64,000 bases of DNA from Candidatus Velthaea sp. (GTDB taxonomy: Bacteria; Vulcanimicrobiota; Vulcanimicrobiia; Vulcanimicrobiales; Vulcanimicrobiaceae). The DNA is taken from positions 1 through 64,000 of the forward strand of contig JBEKHC010000003.1 in the NCBI GenBank assembly GCA_050012475.1, read 5' to 3'. The notes beneath the pieces were generated by a model. The model ran no database searches and was not told where the DNA came from. It worked only from the letters and a program-made list of their open reading frames with translations. Each line of letters begins with the position of its first letter. The first letter of the stretch is position 1. Below, one piece after another: positions 19,246-28,839 of the stretch. The translations under genes and the position numbers were made by a program.

Positions 19246-19686
19246 ATGGCCAGCGAAAAGGTCTTCGAGTACGATCTCGACATAACGAACGTTACCGATT
19301 ACGGCGCAAATATGGAAGCCATCTTTACGGGGCAGGAAAGCGTACCGCTGCAAGGAGCTCAATTTGACGTCACGCTTGCAGGATCAATCAAGGGTCGCGT
19401 GACGGGGTCGCTGCGTGCCGTCGACTACATGTATGTGCGCGCCGACGGTCGTAGGGAACTCGATCTCCGGGCGACCGTCGAAACCGACGATGGGAACCGG
19501 ATTGCATTTCGCGCTGAGGGCACTGCGAGCCCGCGCGACGGTGAGCCGATCGTCGACCTGTCCGTGAAGATAACTCTCGTGACGGCCTCGGCAGCCTATG
19601 CCTGGGTCAACGCGCAACCGGCCTGGGGCGTGGGCTACGCGAATGTGGCTACCGGGAAGATCCACATCGACGCACACATGCACTGA
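19246..19686 (+). CDS. DUF3237-like beta-barrel protein
   Basis: DYMYVRADG...LDLRATVETDDG..I and YAWVN motifs; AGAGGA RBS. Confidence 0.8.
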   Translation: MASEKVFEYDLDITNVTDYGANMEAIFTGQESVPLQGAQFDVTLAGSIKGRVTGSLRAVDYMYVRADGRRELDLRATVETDDGNRIAFRAEGTASPRDGEPIVDLSVKITLVTASAAYAWVNAQPAWGVGYANVATGKIHIDAHMH

Positions 19687-19735
19687 CCCTTGCCGGCACC
19701 TTTCGAGGGCAGGTCGTAAAGAGAACTGGAGCCCA

Positions 19736-19767
19736 GAAGGCCGCCGTACTAACCAAAGGCGGCCTTC
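19736..19767. terminator. Hairpin between convergent genes
   Basis: GAAGGCCGCC...GGCGGCCTTC 10-bp stem. Confidence 0.5.
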
Positions 19768-19858
19768 GCGCTTGTTGTTATCCGCGTAGTCGGGGACTAT
19801 CTTCAGCGCATATCTCACTCGGATGACAAGCGAGATGGCCAAAAGAACGTTTGGCACC

Positions 19859-20743
19859 TTACTGCTCAGGCAGTGTTACGATGTCGACGCTGTCCATGAC
19901 GTACCGAGCATAACGGAAGTCGCGAATGTCGAGTATGCGATCGTCGGCCCCCTGCAGAAGGATGAAGTAATCGACCTTGCCCGAGTCGTCGCCCGGAGTT
20001 CCGACGACAATACCAGGACGCCCGTCCACGAGACCAAGCGCGAGGTCCCAATCGTCGTGAAGCGAGTAGTTAGCGACGTATCCCGATACGGCCGGTTTAC
20101 CGTAACGGCGCTCTCTGTTCACGAGCTCGAGCTTCACTTCATTGCCAAGCATATCGCGAATCGCTTCGAAATCGCGAGCATTAAAACGATCGATATACTT
20201 GGAAAGCAACGCCCGCTGCTCCGGCGGGATCGCGGCCGGAGGCGTCTCGTGCCGCTCACGCGCTAACTCGCGCAGCCTCCCACGGCCGCGGTGCAAGGCC
20301 GATTTTACGGCAGGCAGGCTCATCCCCATGATGTCGCAGATCTCTTGAAGACGATACTGCAGTACATCCATCAAAACAACGGCTCCGCGCTCGGTGGGGC
20401 GAAGCTGCATGAACGTGCACAGGCTCGCCGCTATGATGTCTGGATCGTCGACCGGTCCTTCCGAATCGGGCAATAGGTCGGGGTCCGCCTCAGCGCCGAG
20501 CGCTTCGGTTCGAGCTCGCCGCCGCAAGAAATCGACTGCGACGTTGTGAGCGATCCGGAAAAGCCATTTCTCAAGGTTCGCGATCTCTTTGTCCTCGCGG
20601 CTGAGTGCGGCAACGGCCTTGAGCAGCGTATCCTGCACGACGTCTTCGCCGTCGATCGCCGAGCCCGTCATGCGGGCACAATAACGATGAAGCTTCGGGC
20701 GAAGCTCCTCGAGGCGTTGCTCTAGATCTGCTGCCATGCTCAT
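19859..20743 (-). CDS. ECF sigma factor with C-terminal SnoaL-like extension
   Basis: LHRYCARMTGS..DGEDVVQD, WLFRIAHN, AVKSALHRGR; C-terminal YIDRFNARDF...IRDFRYARY. Exact ECF group not determined. Confidence 0.9.
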   Translation of the reverse strand: MSMAADLEQRLEELRPKLHRYCARMTGSAIDGEDVVQDTLLKAVAALSREDKEIANLEKWLFRIAHNVAVDFLRRRARTEALGAEADPDLLPDSEGPVDDPDIIAASLCTFMQLRPTERGAVVLMDVLQYRLQEICDIMGMSLPAVKSALHRGRGRLRELARERHETPPAAIPPEQRALLSKYIDRFNARDFEAIRDMLGNEVKLELVNRERRYGKPAVSGYVANYSLHDDWDLALGLVDGRPGIVVGTPGDDSGKVDYFILLQGADDRILDIRDFRYARYVMDSVDIVTLPEQ

Positions 20744-20749
20744 CCCCTA

Positions 20750-20850
20750 GACGATTCGTGAGGCAAAAAGGATTCAGCCCGCATTCTGCGAGCCCTCGGC
20801 TCGTGCGGAATCCTTTGCCCGCCCTCATTCGTCAAAAAGGCACATCACTA
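20750..20850. promoter_or_regulatory. Divergent ECF promoter pair (GAATC-N17-CGTC) for the sigma gene and the SDR operon
   Basis: 20750-20775 (-) ends 6 nt before the sigma ATG; 20808-20833 (+) precedes the SDR. Confidence 0.72.
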
Positions 20851-20869
20851 AAATCCTCAGGAGAAAGCA

Positions 20870-21664
20870 ATGTTACTCGAAAACAAGGTTGCAGTCATTC
20901 ACGGTGGTGGCGGCGCGATCGGAAGCGCTATCGCCAAAGCGTTTGCTCACGAAGGTGCAAAGGTGTATTTGTCCGGTCGCACCCGCGCACATCTCGATGC
21001 GGTTGTGAATCCAATAGCCGCAGCGGGCGGTTTCGCACAGGCGGCTCAGGTCGATGCACTCGATCAGGAGGCGGTTAACACCTACCTCGGCGAGGTGGTT
21101 AACGAGGCAGGACGTGTTGACATTTCGTTTATGGCGGCCGGCATTCCGCCGGAAGGCACGCAAGGCACTGCACTGCTCGACCTTTCGACGGAAAACTTCA
21201 TGAAGCCGATCGACGCGTACGCGAAGTCGTTCTTTATCACCTCGACTGCCGCCGCTCGGCACATGGTCAAGCAGCGTTCCGGCGTTATTCTGGTCCACAC
21301 GCCCGAGGTGAGCCGCCTTGGAATCGCGTTTACTGGCGGCATGGGGCCGTCGTGGGCAGCGATGGAAGCACACACGAGAAATCTTTCGGCGGAACTGGCG
21401 CAGTTTGGCGTCCGCGCCCTGACGTTACGGTCCACAGGGCTCCCGGAGACGCCGGCGTTCGACCTCGTTTCCAGCCTGCACGCTAGGGCGCTCGGGATTT
21501 CGAAAGCGCAGTTCCAGGCATTTACTGCAAACATGAACCATATTAAGCGTCCCACCACGCTTCACGAAGTCGCGGAAGCAGCTGTATTTGCTGCATCCGA
21601 TCGCGCCAGCTCGATGACGGCGGCCACCATGAACCTGACGGGCGGTATGGTGGTTGACTGGTAA
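20870..21664 (+). CDS. SDR family oxidoreductase
   Basis: VAVIHGGGGAIG; C-terminal FAASDRASSMT...NLTGG; AGGAG RBS. Confidence 0.9.
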   Translation: MLLENKVAVIHGGGGAIGSAIAKAFAHEGAKVYLSGRTRAHLDAVVNPIAAAGGFAQAAQVDALDQEAVNTYLGEVVNEAGRVDISFMAAGIPPEGTQGTALLDLSTENFMKPIDAYAKSFFITSTAAARHMVKQRSGVILVHTPEVSRLGIAFTGGMGPSWAAMEAHTRNLSAELAQFGVRALTLRSTGLPETPAFDLVSSLHARALGISKAQFQAFTANMNHIKRPTTLHEVAEAAVFAASDRASSMTAATMNLTGGMVVDW

Positions 21665-21769
21665 CGCGTTTGCGGGCGTTCGCCTGCGGCCGATCGCCCA
21701 TCGGTAGTCGAGTTCTTCTTCACACGATAATGTGCAGCCAAATTGCGGCTGCGAAAGGATATCTTAGCT

Positions 21770-22516
21770 ATGAGCGAGTTGTCAGAGAAAACGGTTTTGG
21801 TAGTTGGCGCGAGCCGCGGTTTGGGGCGTGGAATCGCTAGAGCATTTGGCGAGGCTGGAGCACCAGTAGTTGCGATCGCGCGAACTGCCTCAGAGCTCGC
21901 CGACCTGGCCGCGGGAAGCGCGAACATTCGAACCGAGGTCGCTGATGCGACGGACGCGACAATCGCGCGGAACCTATTAAACAAACATAATCCCGCGGTT
22001 CTCATTTTGGTAGCGGGTGCAAAACCGGGAATGGGCCCACTCCAGAATCAAACCTGGGAGACGTTCTCTGTGAGCTGGCATACCGACGTTAAGATCGCGT
22101 TCACGTGGCTGCGCGAAGTCTTGCTGAAGCCGCTGTCGCCCGGAAGCCGGGTGGTGCTGATCAGCAGCGGAGCCGCCCTCTTCGGATCGCCTGAGAGCGG
22201 AGGGTACGCTGGGTCTAAGGCTACGCAACGCTTTATTGCGGAATATGCTCAGGAGGAAGCTGCGCGTGCCGGATTCGACATCAGTGTTACGGCGGTAATG
22301 CCTAAAATGACCCCACTCGGAGACGTTGGGAAGCTTGGAGTTCAAGCGTATGCGGCCCGCAGCGGCCAGACTGAAGATGCATTCCTAAAGGAGATGGGGC
22401 CACTGCTTACTCCCGAGATTGCCGGTTCAGCCATCGTGAGCTTGGTGCAATCCGATAGAAAAACCATAGCGCCCGGGTACCTGCTGAGCGCGGCTGGATT
22501 GAAAGAGGTGTCATGA
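21770..22516 (+). CDS. SDR family oxidoreductase
   Basis: VLVVGASRGLG and catalytic YAGSK. Confidence 0.9.
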   Translation: MSELSEKTVLVVGASRGLGRGIARAFGEAGAPVVAIARTASELADLAAGSANIRTEVADATDATIARNLLNKHNPAVLILVAGAKPGMGPLQNQTWETFSVSWHTDVKIAFTWLREVLLKPLSPGSRVVLISSGAALFGSPESGGYAGSKATQRFIAEYAQEEAARAGFDISVTAVMPKMTPLGDVGKLGVQAYAARSGQTEDAFLKEMGPLLTPEIAGSAIVSLVQSDRKTIAPGYLLSAAGLKEVS

Positions 22517-22626
22517 AAACGCCACCGATCGTTTCGCCGCAAGAATGGGAAGCTGCGCGCGAGCAGTTGCTCGTGAAAGAAGAGGCCCTCATACGCGCGC
22601 GTTATGCAATGGCGGCGGAGCGCCGG
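22513..22626 (+). pseudogene. DUF899 (thioredoxin-like) protein N-terminal stub
   Basis: MKTPPIVSPQEWEAAREQLLVKEE...AAERR, then runs into the antisense of pstS. Confidence 0.75.
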
Positions 22627-22636
22627 TGTGTACCGC

Positions 22637-23404
22637 GCCTTTTTGGATGCGGCGATGAATCGGCCCGACTTGTTCTCGAGTTGCGCCATCGGCATTTTCT
22701 GAATTAACGCGTACCCGTATTCGACGTAGCCGATGGAGTTGGGCGTGGTCTGGACGCTCGCGGTGACGCCCTCATTGCCCTTCGATCGGGTTCCCACCGA
22801 CCACGCGGGCATGTCATTCTTTCCGGGCTTTGCGGCAAATGCTTTGCTGATCGTGCTCAGGTGCTGCGTAAAGACGAACGTCGTGCCGCTCGAATCGGCA
22901 CGAACCACGACGTTGATGGTGCTGTCCGGCAGCTTCGCTTCGGGGTTTGCCTTAGCGATAGCCGCGTCGTTCCACTTCTTAATCGTGCCGAGAAAAATTC
23001 CGACATATGCCTTGCGGGTTAACTTGAGTCTCTTTAACGCCCGGCATATTGTAGATCAGCACGATGTTGCCGGCCGTCAAAGGAAGAAGTTGGACGTTGC
23101 CCCCGGCGCGCTTGATTTCTGCGGGTGTCATGGCCTTATCGCTTGCACCGAAGTCGACCGTCTTGTCGATGAAGCTCTTCACGCCGCTGCCGCTTCCAGT
23201 CGATTGATAGTCGATCTCGACGTTCTGATGGGCTTCGCTATACGCTTTGAACCATTTCGAATAGATCGGGAACGGGAAACTTGCTCCCGTGCCCGGTAGT
23301 CTGACGTCGGCAGCTTCGTTGGAAGCACCGGCACCTCCGCATGAGGTCAGTCCAACAGTCGCGAGCAGTATGGAAGCGGCAAAACTCAGGGCGCGGATTC
23401 TCAT
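22637..23404 (-). pseudogene. pstS: Phosphate-binding lipoprotein, frameshifted and 3'-truncated
   Basis: Lipobox LTSC, GASFPFPIY..W, YQSTGSGSG, DFGASD; +1 frameshift near 23029; then IFLGTIKKWND, RADSSGTT, GNEGV, IGYVEYGYA; C-terminus missing. Confidence 0.9.
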
Positions 23405-23637
23405 GTGACGGACCTTGTGAGCTGGACATACCGTTGAGTCGAGCGATGCCACGTGGTACGGCGACTTGTCGATGCCAACCAATTCGTGTTGGAAAGGACA
23501 GCGCCGCCCGTAGAGCAGCCGCGAGGTCGGGCGATGCTCTTCATAGGTGCAGCCTCTACGGACGCGTTCGTCAACAATAAGATCACATTAACCGCCAAGT
23601 GCGGGGCGACTGCGGGAGCGCAACGTTCGTACCCCGG

Positions 23638-23666
23638 ATTATGCCCGATTGTTAATGTTTGCTTAA
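23638..23666 (-). promoter_or_regulatory. Pho-box-like direct repeat plus -10 upstream of pstS
   Basis: TTAAGC and TTAACA with 11-bp period, followed by CATAAT. Confidence 0.45.
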
Positions 23667-23732
23667 CTTGACAACGAGCGAGAAGCTAACCGCGGCAGGG
23701 TCCAATCGTATCGTCTGTTCGGCCAAACCCGC

Positions 23733-23778
23733 GATCCCGTATTTCACGATACCTGTCTCATCCCGGATTCGATATTTT
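23733..23778 (+). promoter_or_regulatory. Conserved regulon motif copy 2
   Basis: GATCCcgtaTTTCACG, 24 nt, TATTTT; points toward ORF 24274, mgtA and pyk. Confidence 0.6.
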
Positions 23779-24273
23779 AGCCCCGCCGCAACGCGACTTC
23801 GGGTCGAGCGAAAAGTGCCGAAACCGAGTGGATCGGACTTTTCGTTGTAGGGCGGCGCCAACAGTAACGTGGCGCGACGGCGGGCCGAGTGCCTGTCGCC
23901 CCCACGTCGCTTGCGGCCCGCAGCGCGCTTCCTCGTCGGCGCATCAGTAAGCATTTCCTGACTTGCGGCGGAATCCGGGCACCGCCTTCCGAGTGCCGGG
24001 AAAGACAGTGAGCAATGCCCGTGCGGGATGTTATAATGGTCACGAGCTTCATGGATCAGCCGGCGGGGTGCGCTATTGGCCACGCTGCGAAACTTGAGGC
24101 AAACAAACAACGAGACGCGTCGCGCTCCGGCCGACATACGAGTACACCAATCGCCGATATCGGCCATTTGAATGAAGATTCGCCGCCTGTGATGGTTTCT
24201 TGAGTCGTCGGTGCCAACCAGCAGGCTTTACATATTAGTAAGTCATCCATAACTTCATTTGTGAGAATTTGCT

Positions 24274-24516
24274 ATGAGTCCAGCAACAGAATTCTACCGA
24301 GTCGCCCTCTCGAATAGCCAAGTAGTCGAGCTGCAAGAAGATGACGTTGCGATCCTGAGAAAGGCTTTGAAGGATGACGAGAAGTCGGCCGAAGTGACAC
24401 TGCCTGGTGACGGCAAGAACAAGATCACGATTTACACCGAACATGTCGTTTCGATTCAAGCCACCGGCTTGGTTCGGCGCGGAATTGGATTCACGACGGA
24501 CGAGAGGAGAAAATGA
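24274..24516 (+). CDS. Small hypothetical protein (80 aa)
   Basis: Protein-like composition with C-terminal IGF motif; co-oriented just upstream of mgtA. Confidence 0.55.
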   Translation: MSPATEFYRVALSNSQVVELQEDDVAILRKALKDDEKSAEVTLPGDGKNKITIYTEHVVSIQATGLVRRGIGFTTDERRK

Positions 24517-24576
24517 TTGAGGTAACCCGGCGATCCGGCGCCCAAAGACGCGCGACCCGGAATAGCAAGTAATACC

Positions 24577-27156
24577 GTGATCGCATCGCTCGACCTCACC
24601 TCGGCCGCGTCGCTTGAGTCCGATGAGGCATTGCGGCGGCTCGACTCGTCGGTCGTCGGTCTTGCCGGCGAGGAGGCTCGACGAAGACTCAAAACGTTTG
24701 GTCCGAATGCCGTCGAGGCGCCGCGCACGACGGTATTCGATATTCTACTGCGGCAACTCGCGAATCCGTTCCTAATCCTTCTCGTATCCACGGCCGTCCT
24801 CGCTTTTTTTCTCGGGGACCGTTCCGACGCGCTCATCATTCTGGCGATCATCGCGCTCAGCGTCGGCTTGAGCTTCATCAACGAGTATCGCTCCGAGCAA
24901 GCTGTCGCCGATTTGCGGACGCGCGTCCGGCGCGAAGCGATCGTCTTTCGCGACGGAAGGCCGACGCCGGTTCCCATCGCTGATCTCGTCCCGGGCGATG
25001 TGGTCGAACTCGCCGTCGGCAGCATCGTGCCGGCCGACCTGAGGCTGCTCGACGTCCACGATCTCGAGTGCGACGAGTCCGCCTTAACCGGCGAGTCGGT
25101 TCCCGCCGAGAAGACAGCGCACCCGGCGGCATCCATCGGATCGGCGCTCGACCTTCCCTCGTGCGCGTATATGGGGACCGTGGTCAAGAACGGAGCCGCA
25201 CACGGCGTGGTGGTGGCAACGGGCCGCAAAGCCGCGCTCGGAGGAATCGCAAAGCAGCTTGCGACGCGGCCGCCGCAGACCGCGTTCGAGCAGGGTTTGC
25301 GCGGCTTCTCAGGCTTGCTTGTGAAGGTCACGGTCGGCTTGGCCGTCACGATCTTCCTGTTGAACGCGATCCTGCACCACGCGTGGCTCGAATCGCTGCT
25401 CTTCGCGCTGGCGATCGCCATCGGACTGACGCCGCAGCTTCTGCCGGCGATCGTGACGATCAGCCTCTCGATGGGAGCGCGAACGCTCGCACGAAAATCG
25501 GTCATTGTCAAGCGGCTCGTGAGCATCGAGGATCTGGGCAACATCGAGATCCTCTTCACCGACAAGACCGGGACGTTGACCGAAGGAGCGATCGTGTTCC
25601 GCGCCGCGCTTGACCGGCAGGGTGCCGGTGCGGAAAATGTCGCCGCCCTCGGATTGGCCTGTACGTCGGTTGTTGCCGTCGGTGGGCGCGTGGTGAGCGG
25701 CAACGCGCTCGACGTTGCGCTTTGGGAGGGGTCGAACGAGCAGGGGTACGCGGCGGCGGCGGCCCTACGGCGCATCGATTCCGCGCCGTTCGACTTCGAG
25801 CGCCAGATGATGTCGGTGCTCGTCGAGGCCCAGGATGGTAGACGCCTGCTGATTTGCAAAGGCGCGCCGGAAGCGATCGTGACCAAATGCACGGCGGTCG
25901 ACCCGGACGTGCGCGCCCAGTTGGACGCACAATTCGACACCGGGAACCGCGTTGTCGCTCTGGCCACACGGGACGCGACGGGGATGACGGAGATCCACCC
26001 GAACGACGAAGTCGGTCTTGAGCTCATAGGTTTCTTGGTCTTCGCCGACCAGCCCAAAGCCGACGCGGCGGAGAGCTTGCGCCGACTCGGCGCGCTGGGC
26101 ATCGAAGTGAAGATCGTGACCGGCGACAACGACCGGACGGCCCGCGCGGTCTGCCGCGAACTGGGAATGGCGGTCGGCGACGTGCTGACCGGCAAGCAGA
26201 TCGCCACGATGGACGACGCCCAGCTCGGCACCGCATTGCAAACAACGAACATCTTTGCCCGCGTGACGCCCGAGCAGAAGGCGCGCATCATCAAGCTTCA
26301 GCGCTCCCTGGGCTGCGACGTCGGGTTCCTGGGAGACGGCGTGAACGACGCGGTGGCGTTGCATGACGCCGATGTCGGGATATCGGTCGATTCCGCTACC
26401 GATGTTGCGAAAGACGCCGCCGACATCGTTCTGATGGAGAAGGATCTCGGTATCCTCGCCGACGGCGTCGTCGAGGGCCGGCGCATTTTCGCCAATACCA
26501 TTAAGTACGTGCTCATGGGGACGTCTTCGAACTTCGGCAACATGTTCAGCGCCGCGGGCGCCTCGTTGTTCCTCACGTTCCTGCCGATGCTGCCATCGCA
26601 AATTCTGCTCAACAACTTGCTCTACGACGTCAGCGAGATGACGATTCCAACGGACAACGTCGACGAGGAAATGCTGCTGCGGCCCTCCCATTGGGACACC
26701 AAGTTCATCCGCCGTTTCATGGCCTTCTTCGGTCCGATCTCATCGATCTTCGACTTCGCGACCTTCGCGGTGATGCTGCTCGTCTTCAAGGCCGGCCCCG
26801 ACCTCTTCCGCACCGGGTGGTTCGTCGAATCGCTCGCAACGCAGTCGCTCGTGGTCTTTCTCATCCGCACGCACCGCGTACCGTTCTTTCACAGCCGGGC
26901 CAGCACCCCGCTCGCGTTCACGACCATTACTGTCGTCTTGGCAGGGGCGCTCTTGCCGTACACGCCCTTGGCGAATTTCCTGGGCTTCACCGCGCTGCCC
27001 CCGCTCTTCTTCGCGATTCTTGTGGCTATGATCGTCACGTATCTCGTACTCATCGAGATCGGCAAGCGGCTTTTTTTCGGGGCCGGCCCTTCCTCGCTCA
27101 GAGCAACGGCGAACCCCTTGCGGAATCCCGCGTCGGAACGGACCCTGCCGTCGTGA
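24577..27156 (+). CDS. mgtA: Magnesium-translocating P-type ATPase
   Basis: TGES, IGLTPQLLP, DKTGTLT, KGAPE, GDGVND, GTSSNFGN, QILLNNLLYD, FRTGWFVES. Confidence 0.93.
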   Translation: MIASLDLTSAASLESDEALRRLDSSVVGLAGEEARRRLKTFGPNAVEAPRTTVFDILLRQLANPFLILLVSTAVLAFFLGDRSDALIILAIIALSVGLSFINEYRSEQAVADLRTRVRREAIVFRDGRPTPVPIADLVPGDVVELAVGSIVPADLRLLDVHDLECDESALTGESVPAEKTAHPAASIGSALDLPSCAYMGTVVKNGAAHGVVVATGRKAALGGIAKQLATRPPQTAFEQGLRGFSGLLVKVTVGLAVTIFLLNAILHHAWLESLLFALAIAIGLTPQLLPAIVTISLSMGARTLARKSVIVKRLVSIEDLGNIEILFTDKTGTLTEGAIVFRAALDRQGAGAENVAALGLACTSVVAVGGRVVSGNALDVALWEGSNEQGYAAAAALRRIDSAPFDFERQMMSVLVEAQDGRRLLICKGAPEAIVTKCTAVDPDVRAQLDAQFDTGNRVVALATRDATGMTEIHPNDEVGLELIGFLVFADQPKADAAESLRRLGALGIEVKIVTGDNDRTARAVCRELGMAVGDVLTGKQIATMDDAQLGTALQTTNIFARVTPEQKARIIKLQRSLGCDVGFLGDGVNDAVALHDADVGISVDSATDVAKDAADIVLMEKDLGILADGVVEGRRIFANTIKYVLMGTSSNFGNMFSAAGASLFLTFLPMLPSQILLNNLLYDVSEMTIPTDNVDEEMLLRPSHWDTKFIRRFMAFFGPISSIFDFATFAVMLLVFKAGPDLFRTGWFVESLATQSLVVFLIRTHRVPFFHSRASTPLAFTTITVVLAGALLPYTPLANFLGFTALPPLFFAILVAMIVTYLVLIEIGKRLFFGAGPSSLRATANPLRNPASERTLPS

Positions 27157-27205
27157 TGCAGAGCTCGTCCAAGGGACGAAAACAAGAATATACAGCTAAG
27201 GAGTG

Positions 27206-28744
27206 ATGATGATTGTAGCACATGACGCTCGCGAGCAGTCGAACCGGCTCGAACTGCTGGCTCGAATGCGTTTGCTTCTTGCGCAAGTCGATGTCGGCGG
27301 GCGCGAAATATTCGATCGCTGGCGTGCAGGCATCGACCGCCGCGCGTTCATTCCGGCTGCCTGGAATTTTGCTGCATACCTTGCGTTGCGCCAGATCGAC
27401 TTGCGCGAGATTCAAACATCGCTTATGCCGCTCGGGCTCTCTTCGCTCGGACGCTGCGAAGGCCGGGTTCGGCCGAATCTCGAGGCCGTCGTCGAAGCAC
27501 TTGCGGCGCTCTGCGGGAAAGCGGTTACTGCAAAGGCAACAACGGCACGAGCGTTCTTCCGCGGTGAGCACTTGTTGCGTGCCGAAACGGCGCGCGTTTT
27601 CGGCCCGCAGGACGCGGGACGCGCCGTGCGAATCATGGTCACTTTGCCTTCGGAAGCCGCGGATGACGATGACCTCGTGACGGAACTCGCACGCGCCGGG
27701 ATGGATGCGGCACGAATAAACTGCGCTCACGACGACGTCGAAGCATGGCGCAAGATGATCTCAAACGTTCGGGCTGCCGAGAAGATCGCCGGTCGTCGGT
27801 GCATCGTGTACGCCGATCTAGCGGGTCCCAAAGTCCGCACGCGAGAGGTTCATGTGCGCCACGACGCGCGAATTCACGTCGGTGACCGCGTCGCGTTCGT
27901 GCGCAACTTGCACGATGCCAAAAACAAGGAACCGGCGTTCACTTGCACGATTCCGGAAATTTTCGATCATATGCACGCCGGCGATCCAGTCTGGATCGAC
28001 GATGGAAAGATTGGCTGTCTCGTGCAATCCGCAACGCAATCACGTATCGACCTTTCCGTAACGCAATGTGCCGATGCGGGGAGCCGGATCCGCCCAGACA
28101 AAGGTCTGAACTTTCCGAACACCGCTATCCCGGCACCTCCGCTTGGAGTGGCCGACCGCGCGGCACTGGCCGCAATCGTCGATGCGATCGACGTGGTGGG
28201 ATATTCGTTCGTGCGCAGAGCATCCGATATCGTGATCCTCCAAGACGAGCTTTCGCGACTGGGCCGGCCGACATTGCCACTCGCATTGAAGATCGAAACG
28301 CTCGACGGCATAAAGAACTTGCCCGAGTTGCTCGTGCAGGCCGCGGGTCTTCAGCCGACAGCAGTGATGATCGCCCGCGGCGACCTTGCCGTCGAGATCG
28401 GATATCGGCGCCTCGCAGAGATGCAAGAGGAGATTCTCTGGCTTTGCGAAGCGGCTTCCATCCCGGTGATTTGGGCAACGCAAGTGCTCGACGAGTATGT
28501 CAAAACCGGTATTCCGACGCGTGCGGAGATTACGGACGCCGCCATGGCCGAGCGCGCTGAATGCGTCATGCTCAACAAAGGAGTGCACGTCGTCGCCGCG
28601 GTGAAGGTCCTTGATGAGATTCTGCCGTTAATGGAGGCGCACCAAACGAAAAAAACATCGCGGATGCGGGCGCTCCACTCTTGGCCGGTTCCGGTTCGTT
28701 CCATCGCGGGCATACAAACATCGAGCGGCGCTGCGTTTGTCTAA
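27206..28744 (+). CDS. pyk: Pyruvate kinase (variant with N-terminal extension and no C-terminal effector domain)
   Basis: ARINCAH, DLAGPK, IDDGK, LKIET, MIARGDL, WATQVL, TRAEITD, CVMLNKG; AAGGAG RBS. Confidence 0.9.
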   Translation: MMIVAHDAREQSNRLELLARMRLLLAQVDVGGREIFDRWRAGIDRRAFIPAAWNFAAYLALRQIDLREIQTSLMPLGLSSLGRCEGRVRPNLEAVVEALAALCGKAVTAKATTARAFFRGEHLLRAETARVFGPQDAGRAVRIMVTLPSEAADDDDLVTELARAGMDAARINCAHDDVEAWRKMISNVRAAEKIAGRRCIVYADLAGPKVRTREVHVRHDARIHVGDRVAFVRNLHDAKNKEPAFTCTIPEIFDHMHAGDPVWIDDGKIGCLVQSATQSRIDLSVTQCADAGSRIRPDKGLNFPNTAIPAPPLGVADRAALAAIVDAIDVVGYSFVRRASDIVILQDELSRLGRPTLPLALKIETLDGIKNLPELLVQAAGLQPTAVMIARGDLAVEIGYRRLAEMQEEILWLCEAASIPVIWATQVLDEYVKTGIPTRAEITDAAMAERAECVMLNKGVHVVAAVKVLDEILPLMEAHQTKKTSRMRALHSWPVPVRSIAGIQTSSGAAFV

Positions 28745-28839
28745 TCCGCGTGGCCAGTCCGTCGACAGGATCGCGAGGGAAGCAGTCCATCGGAACGGCC
28801 GTAGCGGTCAGTTCGTTAAGTTCGTTAGGAGAAGACGAG

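Noticed and set aside
24456..26294. Long antisense ORFs over mgtA, and similar ones at 44374-46191, 51826-53118 and 35462-36559
   Set aside because: Shadow ORFs of well-supported genes on the opposite strand.
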